Notes: generated by a model from the sequence alone, not told the origin. Shown: positions 9,633-19,280, counted from the first letter of the stretch. The stretch is DNA of 64,000 bases from Nanobdellota archaeon (GCA_030647125.1 JAUSKC010000013.1:2249-66248), one strand, 5' to 3'. A program made the numbers and translations.

Positions 9633-10235
9633 ATGAAAAATAAATTGGAAAGGTTTTGGCACTATTGGACTGACAAAATACATCTTTCGGATCACAAAGA
9701 AACACGATCATATCCCACATCTGGAGATGGTCACAGCTTCAGAGATAGTTATGAAACAGAAGAAATTATTACCCCTATTTACGGAACAAGATTAGGAACA
9801 CTAGTAACAGGGGTCATTACAACTGCCCTTTTTGCAGGATTAGGACTTCTCATTTATACTGGAATAAAAGATAAAAGATTACAAGAAAGATCATATGAAG
9901 AAAACAAATCACTCACAACAAAAGTATATTCAAAAGCTTGGGGGGATGATTACATCTTAAATGAAGAAGAAACGCGACAATTAATTAGGGACTTAAAAAT
10001 ACCTTATCCAGAAGAAAAACCGCTTAGCTATGCTAAAAAAAGTAAATGGAAACATTATTTTCCAAATGGAAGTTACCGTGAATTTGACCATATCACTACT
10101 CATACTCTTGAACTAGAACTTCACCCAACAACAAAAGGAGCTAACTGGGAAATCTCAAACATATTCCTTAAAGAAAATGAAAGAGGAGAAATAACTCATG
10201 AAGCACTTAAAAACTATATAAATAAAAATCAATAA
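9633..10235 (+). CDS. hypothetical protein with one central TM helix
   Basis: ORF only. TM segment LGTLVTGVITTALFAGLGLLIYTGI. Confidence 0.4.
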   Translation: MKNKLERFWHYWTDKIHLSDHKETRSYPTSGDGHSFRDSYETEEIITPIYGTRLGTLVTGVITTALFAGLGLLIYTGIKDKRLQERSYEENKSLTTKVYSKAWGDDYILNEEETRQLIRDLKIPYPEEKPLSYAKKSKWKHYFPNGSYREFDHITTHTLELELHPTTKGANWEISNIFLKENERGEITHEALKNYINKNQ

Positions 10236-10274
10236 ACTCAAAACATTTTTAATCTGATGTTTCTTATATAAATC

Positions 10275-10838
10275 ATGGAATTAAAAACAGCAATTCAAAA
10301 ACGGCACAGCACCCACAAATTCTCATCAAAAAAACCTGACTGGAGAGATATTATTGAATCACTTGACTATTCGCGTTTCGCACCGATGGCCGGAGACATT
10401 TATAATTTAAAATGGATATTAATAGAAGACAAAGAAAAAATCCAAAAGATTGCGAAAGCTGCGCAGCAAAATTTCATTGCAACCGCGCACTACCTTGTCG
10501 TCGCTTGTTCAGAACCAAAACTAACAGTTAATGCTTACGGTGAGAGAGGAGAAAAATACACTCGCCAGCAAGCCGGAGCGGCAATTCAAAATTTCCTTCT
10601 TGCGTTAGAAGAAAGAGGCCTGGCAACTTGTTGGATAGGACATTTCGTTGATAATCAAATTCAAAATATCCTTCACATTCCAGGAGACATAGAAATAGAA
10701 GCAGTCTTCCCTATCGGATACGAATATCCTGGCATTCACAGAAGAAAAAGAAAAATCGAACTTGACAGAATAACTTATTATCATAAGTGGAAAGAAGAAA
10801 AAATGAGGCGCCCTCCAGAGCCAAGAAGAAACGCGTAA
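10275..10838 (+). CDS. nitroreductase-family protein
   Basis: RHSTHKFSSKKP start motif and overall nitroreductase-fold pattern (QQAGAAIQNFLLALEERGLATCWIG). Confidence 0.7.
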   Translation: MELKTAIQKRHSTHKFSSKKPDWRDIIESLDYSRFAPMAGDIYNLKWILIEDKEKIQKIAKAAQQNFIATAHYLVVACSEPKLTVNAYGERGEKYTRQQAGAAIQNFLLALEERGLATCWIGHFVDNQIQNILHIPGDIEIEAVFPIGYEYPGIHRRKRKIELDRITYYHKWKEEKMRRPPEPRRNA

Positions 10839-10875
10839 TTCTAAAAATAACAATCTTCCAATATAAAATTCTAAA

Positions 10876-11172
10876 TTAATAATCAACTATTTCCGGGAAA
10901 AAATAAGCCAGTATAAAGAAAAACAAAATAAAAGAAACAATTGAAATAATAATTTTAAAAGTAAGCCCCATTTTTTTATTAACGTTATTCAGAATAAAAA
11001 AAACAACTATACTTAACATAAAAGAAATAAGAAGATGCGGCATCAAAAATCTTAATTCACTATCAAACACAGTTACATATCTACCTATAGGCCCCCAGCA
11101 ACCTGTGACTGCCTTCCCGCCCAGCGGGCATCCTTCATGAAGTTCAATGAAACTCATACAAAACCTAGGCAA
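10876..11172 (-). CDS. hypothetical membrane protein
   Basis: ORF only, with two C-terminal hydrophobic helices. True start uncertain (alternative ATG at 11155-11157). Confidence 0.35.
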   Translation of the reverse strand: MPRFCMSFIELHEGCPLGGKAVTGCWGPIGRYVTVFDSELRFLMPHLLISFMLSIVVFFILNNVNKKMGLTFKIIISIVSFILFFFILAYFFPEIVDY

Positions 11173-11249
11173 CTATAAATTATAAACATTACTAATAAAT
11201 TAAAAAAATAAAAAGCCGAGGAAAAACCTCGGCATTAAAATAACTATAA

Positions 11250-12344
11250 TTATCTCCAAACCTCTATTCCAAGGTCTGAAATTTCTTTCGCAGGTGCTTT
11301 ATGACCACCGCGCATGAAGTCATCTCTATCTCTACCTAAGACATAAGGTGACTTAACACCAGTCATAATAGTTATTACTCGAACTTTACCAGCAAACTCT
11401 TTACTGATTCTTGCTCCAATAATAACGTTAGCATCAGAGCTCAAACTTTCCGAAACAGTTCTACCAATAATGTCAAACTCTTCCAATTTCAAATCAGGTC
11501 CGCAAGTTATATGAATCAATGCTCCAGTCGCACCCTTATAATCCACGTCAAGTAGAGGATGTGTAAGTGCCTGTTTTACTGCTTCATCAACTTTATTAGA
11601 ACTTGAATCACTTTCACCAATGCCAATAACTGCAACTCCACCGTCTTTCATGATTGCAGAAACATCTGCGTAATCAAGATTAATCAACGAAGGCAATGTA
11701 ATCGTCTCAACAATACCTTTAATCATCGTCGAAACCAACTCGTTAGCAACAGCAAAAGCTTGTTCAATTGGCAATTGTCCAGCAATATCAACTAATCTAT
11801 TATTATCCAAAACAATACATGTGTCTGTAACTTCCCTTAATTCTTGAAGACCAAATTCAGCTTTGTCTATTCTAGCTTTTTCAGCTTCGAAAGGCATAGT
11901 CACAACACCAATAACAACAGCTCCTGTTTCTTTTGCAATTTGAGCTACAACCGGTGCACTTCCTGTACCAGTTCCGCCACCCATTCCTGCAAGAACGAAA
12001 ACCATATCAGCGCCGCCAACAGCTTTTTTTATTTCAACCAATGCTTCTTTAGCTGCTTCTCTTCCTTTTTGAGGAACACCACCAGCTCCTAAACCTCTTG
12101 TGAGTTCTTTACCGATAAGAATTTTATCGTCGGCTTTTGAAACACTCAAGTGCAAAGCATCAGTATTAGCTGCGTAAACAGTAGCTCCTTGAACTCCTTT
12201 ATTAAAAAGCCAAGTAGTCATGTTACATCCGCAACCACCGCAACCAACAACTTTAATGTTAGCTTTACCAGCTCTTAACTCGTCAAAGTTAATGCTGTGC
12301 GTAGCGCTATTTTGAACCGCTTCTTTTGCAAAATCTAATACCAT
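11250..12344 (-). CDS. ftsZ: cell division GTPase FtsZ
   Basis: Tubulin signature GMGGGTGTGSAPVVA, plus NTDALHL and GLGAGG. GGAGG SD upstream. Confidence 0.95.
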   Translation of the reverse strand: MVLDFAKEAVQNSATHSINFDELRAGKANIKVVGCGGCGCNMTTWLFNKGVQGATVYAANTDALHLSVSKADDKILIGKELTRGLGAGGVPQKGREAAKEALVEIKKAVGGADMVFVLAGMGGGTGTGSAPVVAQIAKETGAVVIGVVTMPFEAEKARIDKAEFGLQELREVTDTCIVLDNNRLVDIAGQLPIEQAFAVANELVSTMIKGIVETITLPSLINLDYADVSAIMKDGGVAVIGIGESDSSSNKVDEAVKQALTHPLLDVDYKGATGALIHITCGPDLKLEEFDIIGRTVSESLSSDANVIIGARISKEFAGKVRVITIMTGVKSPYVLGRDRDDFMRGGHKAPAKEISDLGIEVWR

Positions 12345-12621
12345 TCTTTTTTGTTTTACCTCCTTTCATCCATTTTGTTTATATAACTTCTACAAAGTTA
12401 TTTATTTTCATAGTCTAAAGTTTTTAAGCCTATTCGTGCTCGAAGATATAGTTTTTTCTCTCTATATCCAAAAGTTTAAATAGCTGACAAACTTCCAACT
12501 ATTAAGAAAAATACATAATCTCGATAGTTCATCTTTCCCCCGAATGATGAATTATCTTTTAAATTATAAGTTTTAACAAGTTGTTCTTTATATAGTTTAT
12601 GTTTAGAAAAAAAATTCTTAT

Positions 12622-13023
12622 TCAAACCTTAACCCTTTTTATTTCCTTAACCTTATCAAAATCAGAATCATCAGATATCATTGAATCACATCCATTTAAT
12701 ATTGCTGTAGCAGCATGAATAGCATCGCGCGGTTTTAATCCATATTTCTTAACTAATTCCTGCGCATAGCTAATAGTTTTTTTATTAACATCCAAAAAAA
12801 CCAAATTAGGAATAGATAAAAATTTCCTCCCTTCATCTATTGAATGCTCTTGCCCATAAAATTTTCTAATAACATGCACGATCTCATCCCAAGTCAAAAG
12901 GGAAGTGACTGCAGAAATTTTTTTATTAATAATCATTTTAATAAACCCTCGCGATTTGACAGAACGCGCATCTTTTTGGATAAGGGCGTGAACAAAGATA
13001 TTGCTATCAATATACTCGTTCAT
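12622..13023 (-). CDS. vapC: PIN-domain ribonuclease toxin (VapC-like)
   Basis: N-terminal YIDSNIF acidic motif, a C-terminal SDDSDF acidic cluster, and PIN-like size. Overlaps the upstream antitoxin gene. Confidence 0.7.
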   Translation of the reverse strand: MNEYIDSNIFVHALIQKDARSVKSRGFIKMIINKKISAVTSLLTWDEIVHVIRKFYGQEHSIDEGRKFLSIPNLVFLDVNKKTISYAQELVKKYGLKPRDAIHAATAILNGCDSMISDDSDFDKVKEIKRVKV

Positions 13024-13255
13024 ATTCTTCGTCTAAGATTTTCTTTAATTCTTTGGTCGTAAGTCTCTTCTTCAATTTAGGCAGGCTAAAAAGATCTTCG
13101 AGGAATTTCTCAGTATCTTCTTCCTTTTTTAAAAGAACTTCATTATCTCTAACTTCAAAAACTACCTTTTTCCCATTATTTATACCAAGCATATCCCTAA
13201 TATCTTTAGGAATAACAACCTGTCCTTTCTCTCCAACATCTCTTACAATTCTCAT
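13007..13255 (-). CDS. vapB: AbrB/SpoVT-type antitoxin (VapB-like)
   Basis: GQVVIPKDIRDMLGI swapped-hairpin motif. 17-nt overlap with the PIN gene. Confidence 0.7.
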   Translation of the reverse strand: MRIVRDVGEKGQVVIPKDIRDMLGINNGKKVVFEVRDNEVLLKKEEDTEKFLEDLFSLPKLKKRLTTKELKKILDEEYERVY

Positions 13256-13311
13256 AAGGTATTTAGTAGGAATTACTATTTAAACTTTTTCCTACCATTA
13301 ATTCCTACTTT

Positions 13312-13986
13312 CTAAATCTTCTTCAAAATTTTAACCTCAATTCCATTTTCTTCACAAATTTCTTTGAACTCTTCTGCATCAGATTCGGATCCAACAACAC
13401 TTCCATAATGCATTGGAATTGCTAAATTTGGTTTTATTATCGACGCTGCTTCCGCGGCCTCTTCAGCGCTCATAGTAAATCTCCCCCCAATAGGAAGCAA
13501 AGCAATAAATGTCTTGTCCGGCTGTTTATGCCCAGTAAGTTTCTGCATTTCCGGTATAACATCTGTATCACCGGCATGATAAATCACAACTCCATTTACT
13601 TTAACTAAATAACCCACCCAACCTTCTTCCTTAGGATGAAAACTTTTATCAACATTGTAAGCCGGAACTGTATAAATCCTAGTATCTCCAACTTCATATT
13701 CCTGCCCCGGCTCTACAATTTCAATTTTTATAGGAACATCAAAACGCATAATCTTGCTCTGGGCGTCAGCCGTACAAAAAACTCGCGTTCCTTCCTTAAC
13801 AATTTTATTTAAATCAACAATTGAACAATGATCTTGATGGCCGTGTGTAATCAAAATTATGTCTGCTTTTTCCATATCATCTTTTATATTAAAAGGATCT
13901 ATGTAAATTACTCTGGAATTTTTTATCAAAAACCCTGACTGCCCAAGCCACTCCAATTTTACCTCTCCAATTTCCATGTCCTCCAA
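13312..13986 (-). CDS. metallo-beta-lactamase-fold hydrolase (UPF0173-like)
   Basis: LITHGHQDHC metal-binding motif, size about 224 aa. Ends in TAG. Confidence 0.8.
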   Translation of the reverse strand: MEDMEIGEVKLEWLGQSGFLIKNSRVIYIDPFNIKDDMEKADIILITHGHQDHCSIVDLNKIVKEGTRVFCTADAQSKIMRFDVPIKIEIVEPGQEYEVGDTRIYTVPAYNVDKSFHPKEEGWVGYLVKVNGVVIYHAGDTDVIPEMQKLTGHKQPDKTFIALLPIGGRFTMSAEEAAEAASIIKPNLAIPMHYGSVVGSESDAEEFKEICEENGIEVKILKKI

Positions 13987-14065
13987 AAACCTCGAGTCCT
14001 TAAAAGGTTTATGAATAACAAGGGTTAGGATGGATTATTTCTATTAAAAATATTATAACGATTCC

Positions 14066-14100
14066 AAAAAGAGGTGATAATTATCGTTGAGGTGAGTGGA
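14066..14100 (+). promoter_or_regulatory. conserved intergenic motif AAAAAGAGGTGATAATTATC (copy 1)
   Basis: A 20-nt core identical to 26699..26718 and similar to 37677..37692. About 80 nt upstream of the next + strand gene. Confidence 0.4.
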
Positions 14101-14162
14101 TAGGAGAATTAATAAAAAGTTAAAAGGAATAACCTTAAAAAAGAAAATTTACTAAAACAAAA

Positions 14163-14528
14163 ATGGGAAAAGAAAAGTTCTGGGGGAAAACGGCATCTAT
14201 TGATCTTCATGGCTGCAATGATTTAATTAAAAATCCAGAAAAGATAAAGGAATTTGTAATTAAATTATGTAAAGAAATAGATATGGAACGTCACGGTGAC
14301 GTAATAATTGACAGATTTGGTGACGGTAAATTAGAAGGATGGTCGTGTTTGCAGTTTATAGAGACATCTTCAATAACTTGTCATTTTGACGAGCAAATGG
14401 GAGAAACAAACCGCGCTTTCATTGATATTTTTTCATGCAAGGACTTTGATGAAAACAAAGCAGTTCAATTCAGCAAGAGGTTCTTCGACGCAAAGAATTT
14501 CAAAATAAGATGTTTTATCAGGGATTAA
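14163..14528 (+). CDS. S-adenosylmethionine decarboxylase-like protein (SpeH family)
   Basis: IDLHGCN, FIETSSITCHFDE (compare ESHISIHTWPE) and DIFSCKDF (compare DVFTCG). The residue before the putative pyruvoyl Ser is Thr, not Glu. Confidence 0.5.
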   Translation: MGKEKFWGKTASIDLHGCNDLIKNPEKIKEFVIKLCKEIDMERHGDVIIDRFGDGKLEGWSCLQFIETSSITCHFDEQMGETNRAFIDIFSCKDFDENKAVQFSKRFFDAKNFKIRCFIRD

Positions 14529-15844
14529 ATCTTTTCAAACATCTCTGCAATCTTCAGCATCTTTTCATCTTCAAACTTATTGCACATAATTTGCATACCT
14601 ACAGGAATTCCTTTAATTTTCCCAGAAGGAATAGAAACAGCGCAACATCCTGCAAGATTAGCCGGAATAGTTAAAGCATCATAACTATACATTTCTTCAA
14701 CTGATATTCTTTCCCCAATTTTGTGAGGAAGTCGCGGCACCGTCGGCAAGATAATGCAATCAACACTTTCAAACGCTTTAGAAAATTCATCTCCAATAAT
14801 TTTCTTTACTTTTAATGCTGTATTATAATATCTTCCTTTATATTCCGCTTTGCTAATTTCCGAACCTCCAAGAACACGGCGCAAAACTTCAGGTCCAGCA
14901 GCTTCTTCAATCTTTTTTCCATAACGTCTTCCATCAAACTTACGTGTCCCTGAAAAAAATTCAACATAAACCAAAGGATAATACGTCTCAACAGCTAATT
15001 CAATATTTTTAATCTTAACTTTTTTAATTTCAAATCCATACTTTTTCCTTGCATCTTCAACTTTCTCATCAAATAATTTTCTTATCTCTGGTTCAACATT
15101 CAACCCGCTAATATCAAGAACCCCTACTTTAATTTTCTTGTTGGGGTGGGTGGTCGGGGAGTGGACGGAGGGATTGTTATCCATTATAGAATCCTTTTCA
15201 TCTTTTCCTTTAATTACTGAAAGCATTAAACCAGCGTCGGAAACGTCCGATGCCAAAGGCCCAATTTGATCCAAAGACATTGATAAATCAATTAACCCAT
15301 AACGTGAAACACTTCCATAAGAAGGCTTAAGTCCGACGACGCCGCAATGAGATGCAGGATTTCTAATTGAGCCGCCAGTATCACTTCCCAAAGATATATC
15401 AACAAATCCAGCAGCAACGGCAGCAGCGCTTCCCGAAGATGAACCCCCAGGAATTTTTCCGATAGCAGACGGATTTTGCACCGGTCCAAAAGCGGACGTC
15501 TCTCCAGAACCTCCGCTTGCAAACTCATCCATATTCAGCATTCCAATAATAAGCCCATCTTCTTTTTTTATTTTAGAAACAACAAAAGCGTCATACGGAG
15601 CAACATAATCCTCAAGAACTTTTGATGCGCATGAAATCTTCATCCCATGAACATTTATATTTGCCTTTATTCCAATAATTTTTCCTGCAAGTTTTCCGCC
15701 AACACCTTTTTTTATTCTTTCATCAATTCGCTTCGCTTCTTCAATTAATTCCTTTTCAGAACGCAACTCTAAAAATATATTTAACTTTTTATTTTCTTTT
15801 TTAATGAGTTCAAGTTTTTGCTGTAAGTTTTGTAACGTGCTCAT
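14525..15844 (-). CDS. gatA: Asp/Glu-tRNA amidotransferase subunit A
   Basis: Amidase signature GGSSSGSAAAVAAG and GSDTGGSIRNPAS. Confidence 0.9.
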   Translation of the reverse strand: MSTLQNLQQKLELIKKENKKLNIFLELRSEKELIEEAKRIDERIKKGVGGKLAGKIIGIKANINVHGMKISCASKVLEDYVAPYDAFVVSKIKKEDGLIIGMLNMDEFASGGSGETSAFGPVQNPSAIGKIPGGSSSGSAAAVAAGFVDISLGSDTGGSIRNPASHCGVVGLKPSYGSVSRYGLIDLSMSLDQIGPLASDVSDAGLMLSVIKGKDEKDSIMDNNPSVHSPTTHPNKKIKVGVLDISGLNVEPEIRKLFDEKVEDARKKYGFEIKKVKIKNIELAVETYYPLVYVEFFSGTRKFDGRRYGKKIEEAAGPEVLRRVLGGSEISKAEYKGRYYNTALKVKKIIGDEFSKAFESVDCIILPTVPRLPHKIGERISVEEMYSYDALTIPANLAGCCAVSIPSGKIKGIPVGMQIMCNKFEDEKMLKIAEMFEKI

Positions 15845-16245
15845 TTAATATCCCCCTTTTCTATTAAAAATTTTATATTGGGTGCAACTTTATATTTTCC
15901 TTTTTTAATTTCTCTTATATCAAGCCACTTAACTTCTTGCGTCGGAGGAATTGGTCTAACATCTTTTTTATTTAACAATTTAGCAAGATAATGTATAAGC
16001 AAGATAACCATCTTCTCTCCTGTTTGAGGATTTTTCCAAATAATCATTGGATTCAAAGGTCTAATTATTTCTATTTCAGCATTATTCTCTTCTTTAGTTT
16101 CTCTATGGCATGCCTCTTCTAAACTTTCAACCCCCTCTTCAACTGTTCCGCCAGGCAATTTATAAAAATCATCTTTATTATCTTTATTTACAAGTAACTT
16201 TCCCTCTTCTATTATCACAGGACCCGAAGCAATTATATATTTCAT
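15841..16245 (-). CDS. NUDIX hydrolase
   Basis: Nudix box GGTVEEGVESLEEACHRETKEENN. 4-nt overlaps with both neighbours. Confidence 0.8.
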   Translation of the reverse strand: MKYIIASGPVIIEEGKLLVNKDNKDDFYKLPGGTVEEGVESLEEACHRETKEENNAEIEIIRPLNPMIIWKNPQTGEKMVILLIHYLAKLLNKKDVRPIPPTQEVKWLDIREIKKGKYKVAPNIKFLIEKGDIK

Positions 16246-16475
16246 CTTACTCTTTTCTCAACCCCGTACAATCTTGTTAAATATTCTAATCCTATTTTAT
16301 ATTCTTCTGAACCAGAATCAAATCTTTTTTCTAATCTGGTTTTATGGTGTTTAAATCTAGCAACACGATCAGAACTTTCCCTCAAAAAATCCATTGAGGG
16401 GAAGAGTCTACTATCACAGAAATGATCTCTCAATCCTTCAGACATTCCCCTATAAAGCTCTTCTAATTCTACCAT
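16242..16475 (-). CDS. hypothetical protein (77 aa)
   Basis: ORF lying between the gatC-like and NUDIX genes in the same operon-like string. Confidence 0.4.
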   Translation of the reverse strand: MVELEELYRGMSEGLRDHFCDSRLFPSMDFLRESSDRVARFKHHKTRLEKRFDSGSEEYKIGLEYLTRLYGVEKRVR

Positions 16476-16732
16476 CCTTTCTTCTCCGCAATTATAAAGT
16501 CCTTATTTTTATTAGGCGCATTTGAAAACATAATTTCTCTGTCAATAGGAACTTTTTCAGCCGAACCTTCTTTTCTCTCGCCGTTTCCTCGTTCAATCAT
16601 AGGTTCTTCTACTCTATCAAGGCCTAATTTCTCCAATTTTGAAGAAAAAGAATCCATAATCTTCTTTGATTCTTTTTTTATCTGTTCTTTTTCAGGTTCA
16701 GAAACCTTCTTCCATAAAAACCCTTCAGTCAT
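16469..16732 (-). CDS. gatC: GatC-like amidotransferase subunit
   Basis: The C-terminal FSNAPNKNKDFIIAEK resembles the GatC tail (NAP..DGY..VP). Size 87 aa, same strand and cluster as gatA. Confidence 0.5.
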   Translation of the reverse strand: MTEGFLWKKVSEPEKEQIKKESKKIMDSFSSKLEKLGLDRVEEPMIERGNGERKEGSAEKVPIDREIMFSNAPNKNKDFIIAEKKGW

Positions 16733-16734
16733 AA

Positions 16735-17628
16735 TTAACCAATAAACCTCATACTTTTAATTTTTCCTATTCTATCATCAACTTCAACAATCGCCGCCTT
16801 TCCTTTTTCTCCATCTCCTGGATTGATAATAGGAACTCCATATAATTTTTTCATCCCTCTGTATTCATGCATATGTCCGCAAAAAACAGAAACAGGTTTA
16901 TATTTCTTAATCGCTTCTGAATAAAATCTGACACCAGCACTCTCTCTATCCATTGGATTATTTTTATCTTTAATTATATCAAAAATTCCTTTCGGTGGAT
17001 AATGAAAAACAAAAATCTTAGGCAGTTTTTTATCTGTCTTCTTTAGCAAACTAAAAAACTTTGTCCTCATTTTAAGATGTCTTTTATACCTTTTCATAAT
17101 ATCTTCACGTTCACTTTTAAATGTCTTTTTCTTAAAAAACGCATCAATATCCATATACCCGCCAAACCCAATAATATCAAAACCACCAAATTCTTTTTTA
17201 CCATAATTAATTATATTAACATTTTTCAATTTCTTCAGAAACAAGGCGTTCTTTTCTTTTCTTTTCTCTTTAAAATAAGGGGTGCTGTACCAATCATCAT
17301 CTGTATTGCCAAACACAATATAAGTTGGCTTATTTAACGAATCCAAAGTTTTCAAAACTTTCTTTGTCATTTCAAAATCTTTTTTTAATAAATATTTTAA
17401 CTTCTTCTTTCCAAAGAACTCTTCTGGAGAAATTCTTTCATCCCCTCGCTTTAATCGCCTGAACAAATCTAGGATATACGGCCGCCATTCGTTAATTCCC
17501 CCATAATCTCCAACACCAACAATTAAATCAAAATCTTCTTTTTCCAACTTACTTTTCAGCTTCGAAGGAAAAACTCCTTGAAAATCTCCACAAACCAAAA
17601 TCCTAACCATAAATAAAAAAGTTATCAC
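16735..17628 (-). CDS. calcineurin-like metallophosphoesterase
   Basis: ILVCGDFQG, GVGDYGG, VFGNTDDD and CGHMHE motifs. The listed start is GTG; an ATG alternative lies at 17608-17610. Confidence 0.7.
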   Translation of the reverse strand: MITFLFMVRILVCGDFQGVFPSKLKSKLEKEDFDLIVGVGDYGGINEWRPYILDLFRRLKRGDERISPEEFFGKKKLKYLLKKDFEMTKKVLKTLDSLNKPTYIVFGNTDDDWYSTPYFKEKRKEKNALFLKKLKNVNIINYGKKEFGGFDIIGFGGYMDIDAFFKKKTFKSEREDIMKRYKRHLKMRTKFFSLLKKTDKKLPKIFVFHYPPKGIFDIIKDKNNPMDRESAGVRFYSEAIKKYKPVSVFCGHMHEYRGMKKLYGVPIINPGDGEKGKAAIVEVDDRIGKIKSMRFIG

Positions 17629-17700
17629 AAACTTAAAAACCTAACTACTATCTAAAAACATTAAAAATTATTTAAAAAATAAAAATAAAAATAAATTTAT

Positions 17701-17802
17701 TTACCAATCTGCTTCGTCATCGCTTGAGTCATCTTCATCATCGTCATCTTCATCTTCATCTTCTGACTCATCAATCTTTTTGTCTTCTTCACTCTTAGGC
17801 AT
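17701..17802 (-). CDS. very acidic micro-protein (33 aa, not in ORF track)
   Basis: AGGAG 8 nt upstream of ATG 17800-17802. The product is MPKSEEDKKIDESEDEDEDDDDEDDSSDDEADW, ending at TAA. Confidence 0.35.
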   Translation of the reverse strand: MPKSEEDKKIDESEDEDEDDDDEDDSSDDEADW

Positions 17803-17891
17803 TTTACAACTCCTATTTTAATTAAAACCTACTAATCCAAATTGTTTTTAAACGTTTCTATAATCTTTTCAATAACAAAAACATTTAAGAA

Positions 17892-19280
17892 CTATTTCTT
17901 CGAACTCTTGGGCTTTGAATTCTTTTTCACAATCTCTATATGCGTTTCTTTCAGTTGAATCGGCTCAACTTCCGAAGGTGAACCGTCCATTGGATTTTGC
18001 GCGGCCTTATTTTTTGGAAATGCAATTACTTCTCTTATATCATTAAATCCTAACATCAATGCAACCAATCTGTCAAAACCTAAACCCATTCCGCCGTGAA
18101 CAGGCCCACCATATTCGTAAGCGTCAAGCAAAAAACCAAATTTCTTTCGTGCGGACTCTTTGCTCATCCCTATAATTTTCATAACTTTCTCTTGTAATTC
18201 AGGATTGTTAATTCGAATGCTTCCCGAACCAAGTTCAGTTCCATTAAGTACAAGGTCAAACAAATCCCCCAAAACTTTCCCTGGTTCTTTTTCTAAATAT
18301 TTTATATGTTCTTTTTTAGGCGAAGTGAAAATGTGATGTTCCGGCTCCCATTTTTTTTCATCTTTATTATAAGAAAACAATGGAAAATCAACAACCCAGC
18401 AAAATGCAAATTCTTTTGGATTGCTTTTGTCTTTTCTCAAGTCTGGCTTATCCGTTCCGTATTTTTTCTTTGCTTCTTCATGAGTTAGAATTTTAAAATC
18501 ACTAAGTTGAATTCCTAAAATCTTTTTAAAAATATGTTTATACAATCCCTCAACAAATCCTAAAATATCTTTCTGTTCAACAAAACTCATTTCCAAATCC
18601 ATTTGCGTATGTTCTGGCTGTCTGTCTGCCCTCAAATCTTCATCTCGCAAACAGCGCGCGAACTGATAATATTTGTCAAACCCCGCAATCATTAAAATTT
18701 GTTTATACAACTGCGGCGATTGAGGCAATGCATAAAACTTTCCTTCATTAACACGAGAAGGAACAATATAATCACGTGCGCCTTCCGGCGTCGGCTTAAC
18801 AAGCAAAGGCGTTTCAATTTCCAAGAAATCGTTCTCAATAAAATACTCTCTCGCTGCTTGAGCGACTTTAGCTCTGAATGCCAAATTTCTTTGCATCTCC
18901 GGCCTTCTTAAATCCAAGAAACGATATTTCATTCTTATATCATCCCCTGCAACTTCATTCTCATTAATTTTTATAGGTGGAACTTTCGCCTCGTTGATAA
19001 TCTCAATTTTCTCGGCAAAAACTTCAATTTCTCCCGTATGCAATTCCTTATTTTCAGTCCCTGGCTTTCTATTCTTAACTTCCCCAGAAACAGAAACAAC
19101 AAATTCATTCCTTAATCCGTGCTCACCCTTGAAAACAATCTGCATTTTCCCATACCTGTCACGCAAATCAATAAAACTAATTTTTCCATGCTCGCGAATA
19201 GTATCAACCCATCCACAAAGTTTAACTTTCTTCCCAACATCTTTTCGTGTCAGTTCTCCACAAGTATGCGTCCTTAACAT
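17892..19280 (-). CDS. aspS: aspartyl-tRNA synthetase, bacterial-type but lacking the GAD insertion
   Basis: MLRTHTCGEL start, class II motifs (FRDEDLRADRQPEHTQ-like; GGMGLGFDRL). YGTDKPDLR is followed after 12 aa by FCWVVDFPLF. Confidence 0.9.
   Translation of the reverse strand: MLRTHTCGELTRKDVGKKVKLCGWVDTIREHGKISFIDLRDRYGKMQIVFKGEHGLRNEFVVSVSGEVKNRKPGTENKELHTGEIEVFAEKIEIINEAKVPPIKINENEVAGDDIRMKYRFLDLRRPEMQRNLAFRAKVAQAAREYFIENDFLEIETPLLVKPTPEGARDYIVPSRVNEGKFYALPQSPQLYKQILMIAGFDKYYQFARCLRDEDLRADRQPEHTQMDLEMSFVEQKDILGFVEGLYKHIFKKILGIQLSDFKILTHEEAKKKYGTDKPDLRKDKSNPKEFAFCWVVDFPLFSYNKDEKKWEPEHHIFTSPKKEHIKYLEKEPGKVLGDLFDLVLNGTELGSGSIRINNPELQEKVMKIIGMSKESARKKFGFLLDAYEYGGPVHGGMGLGFDRLVALMLGFNDIREVIAFPKNKAAQNPMDGSPSEVEPIQLKETHIEIVKKNSKPKSSKK

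Noticed and set aside
15140-15175. G-rich stretch GGGGAGTGGACGGAGGGAT resembling GGGGAGTGGAAGGGGGGAT at 26736-26754, next to regulatory motif copy 2
   Set aside because: It lies inside gatA on the opposite coding strand, where it encodes an ordinary linker (PSVHSPTTHP). The short purine-rich similarity is treated as coincidence.
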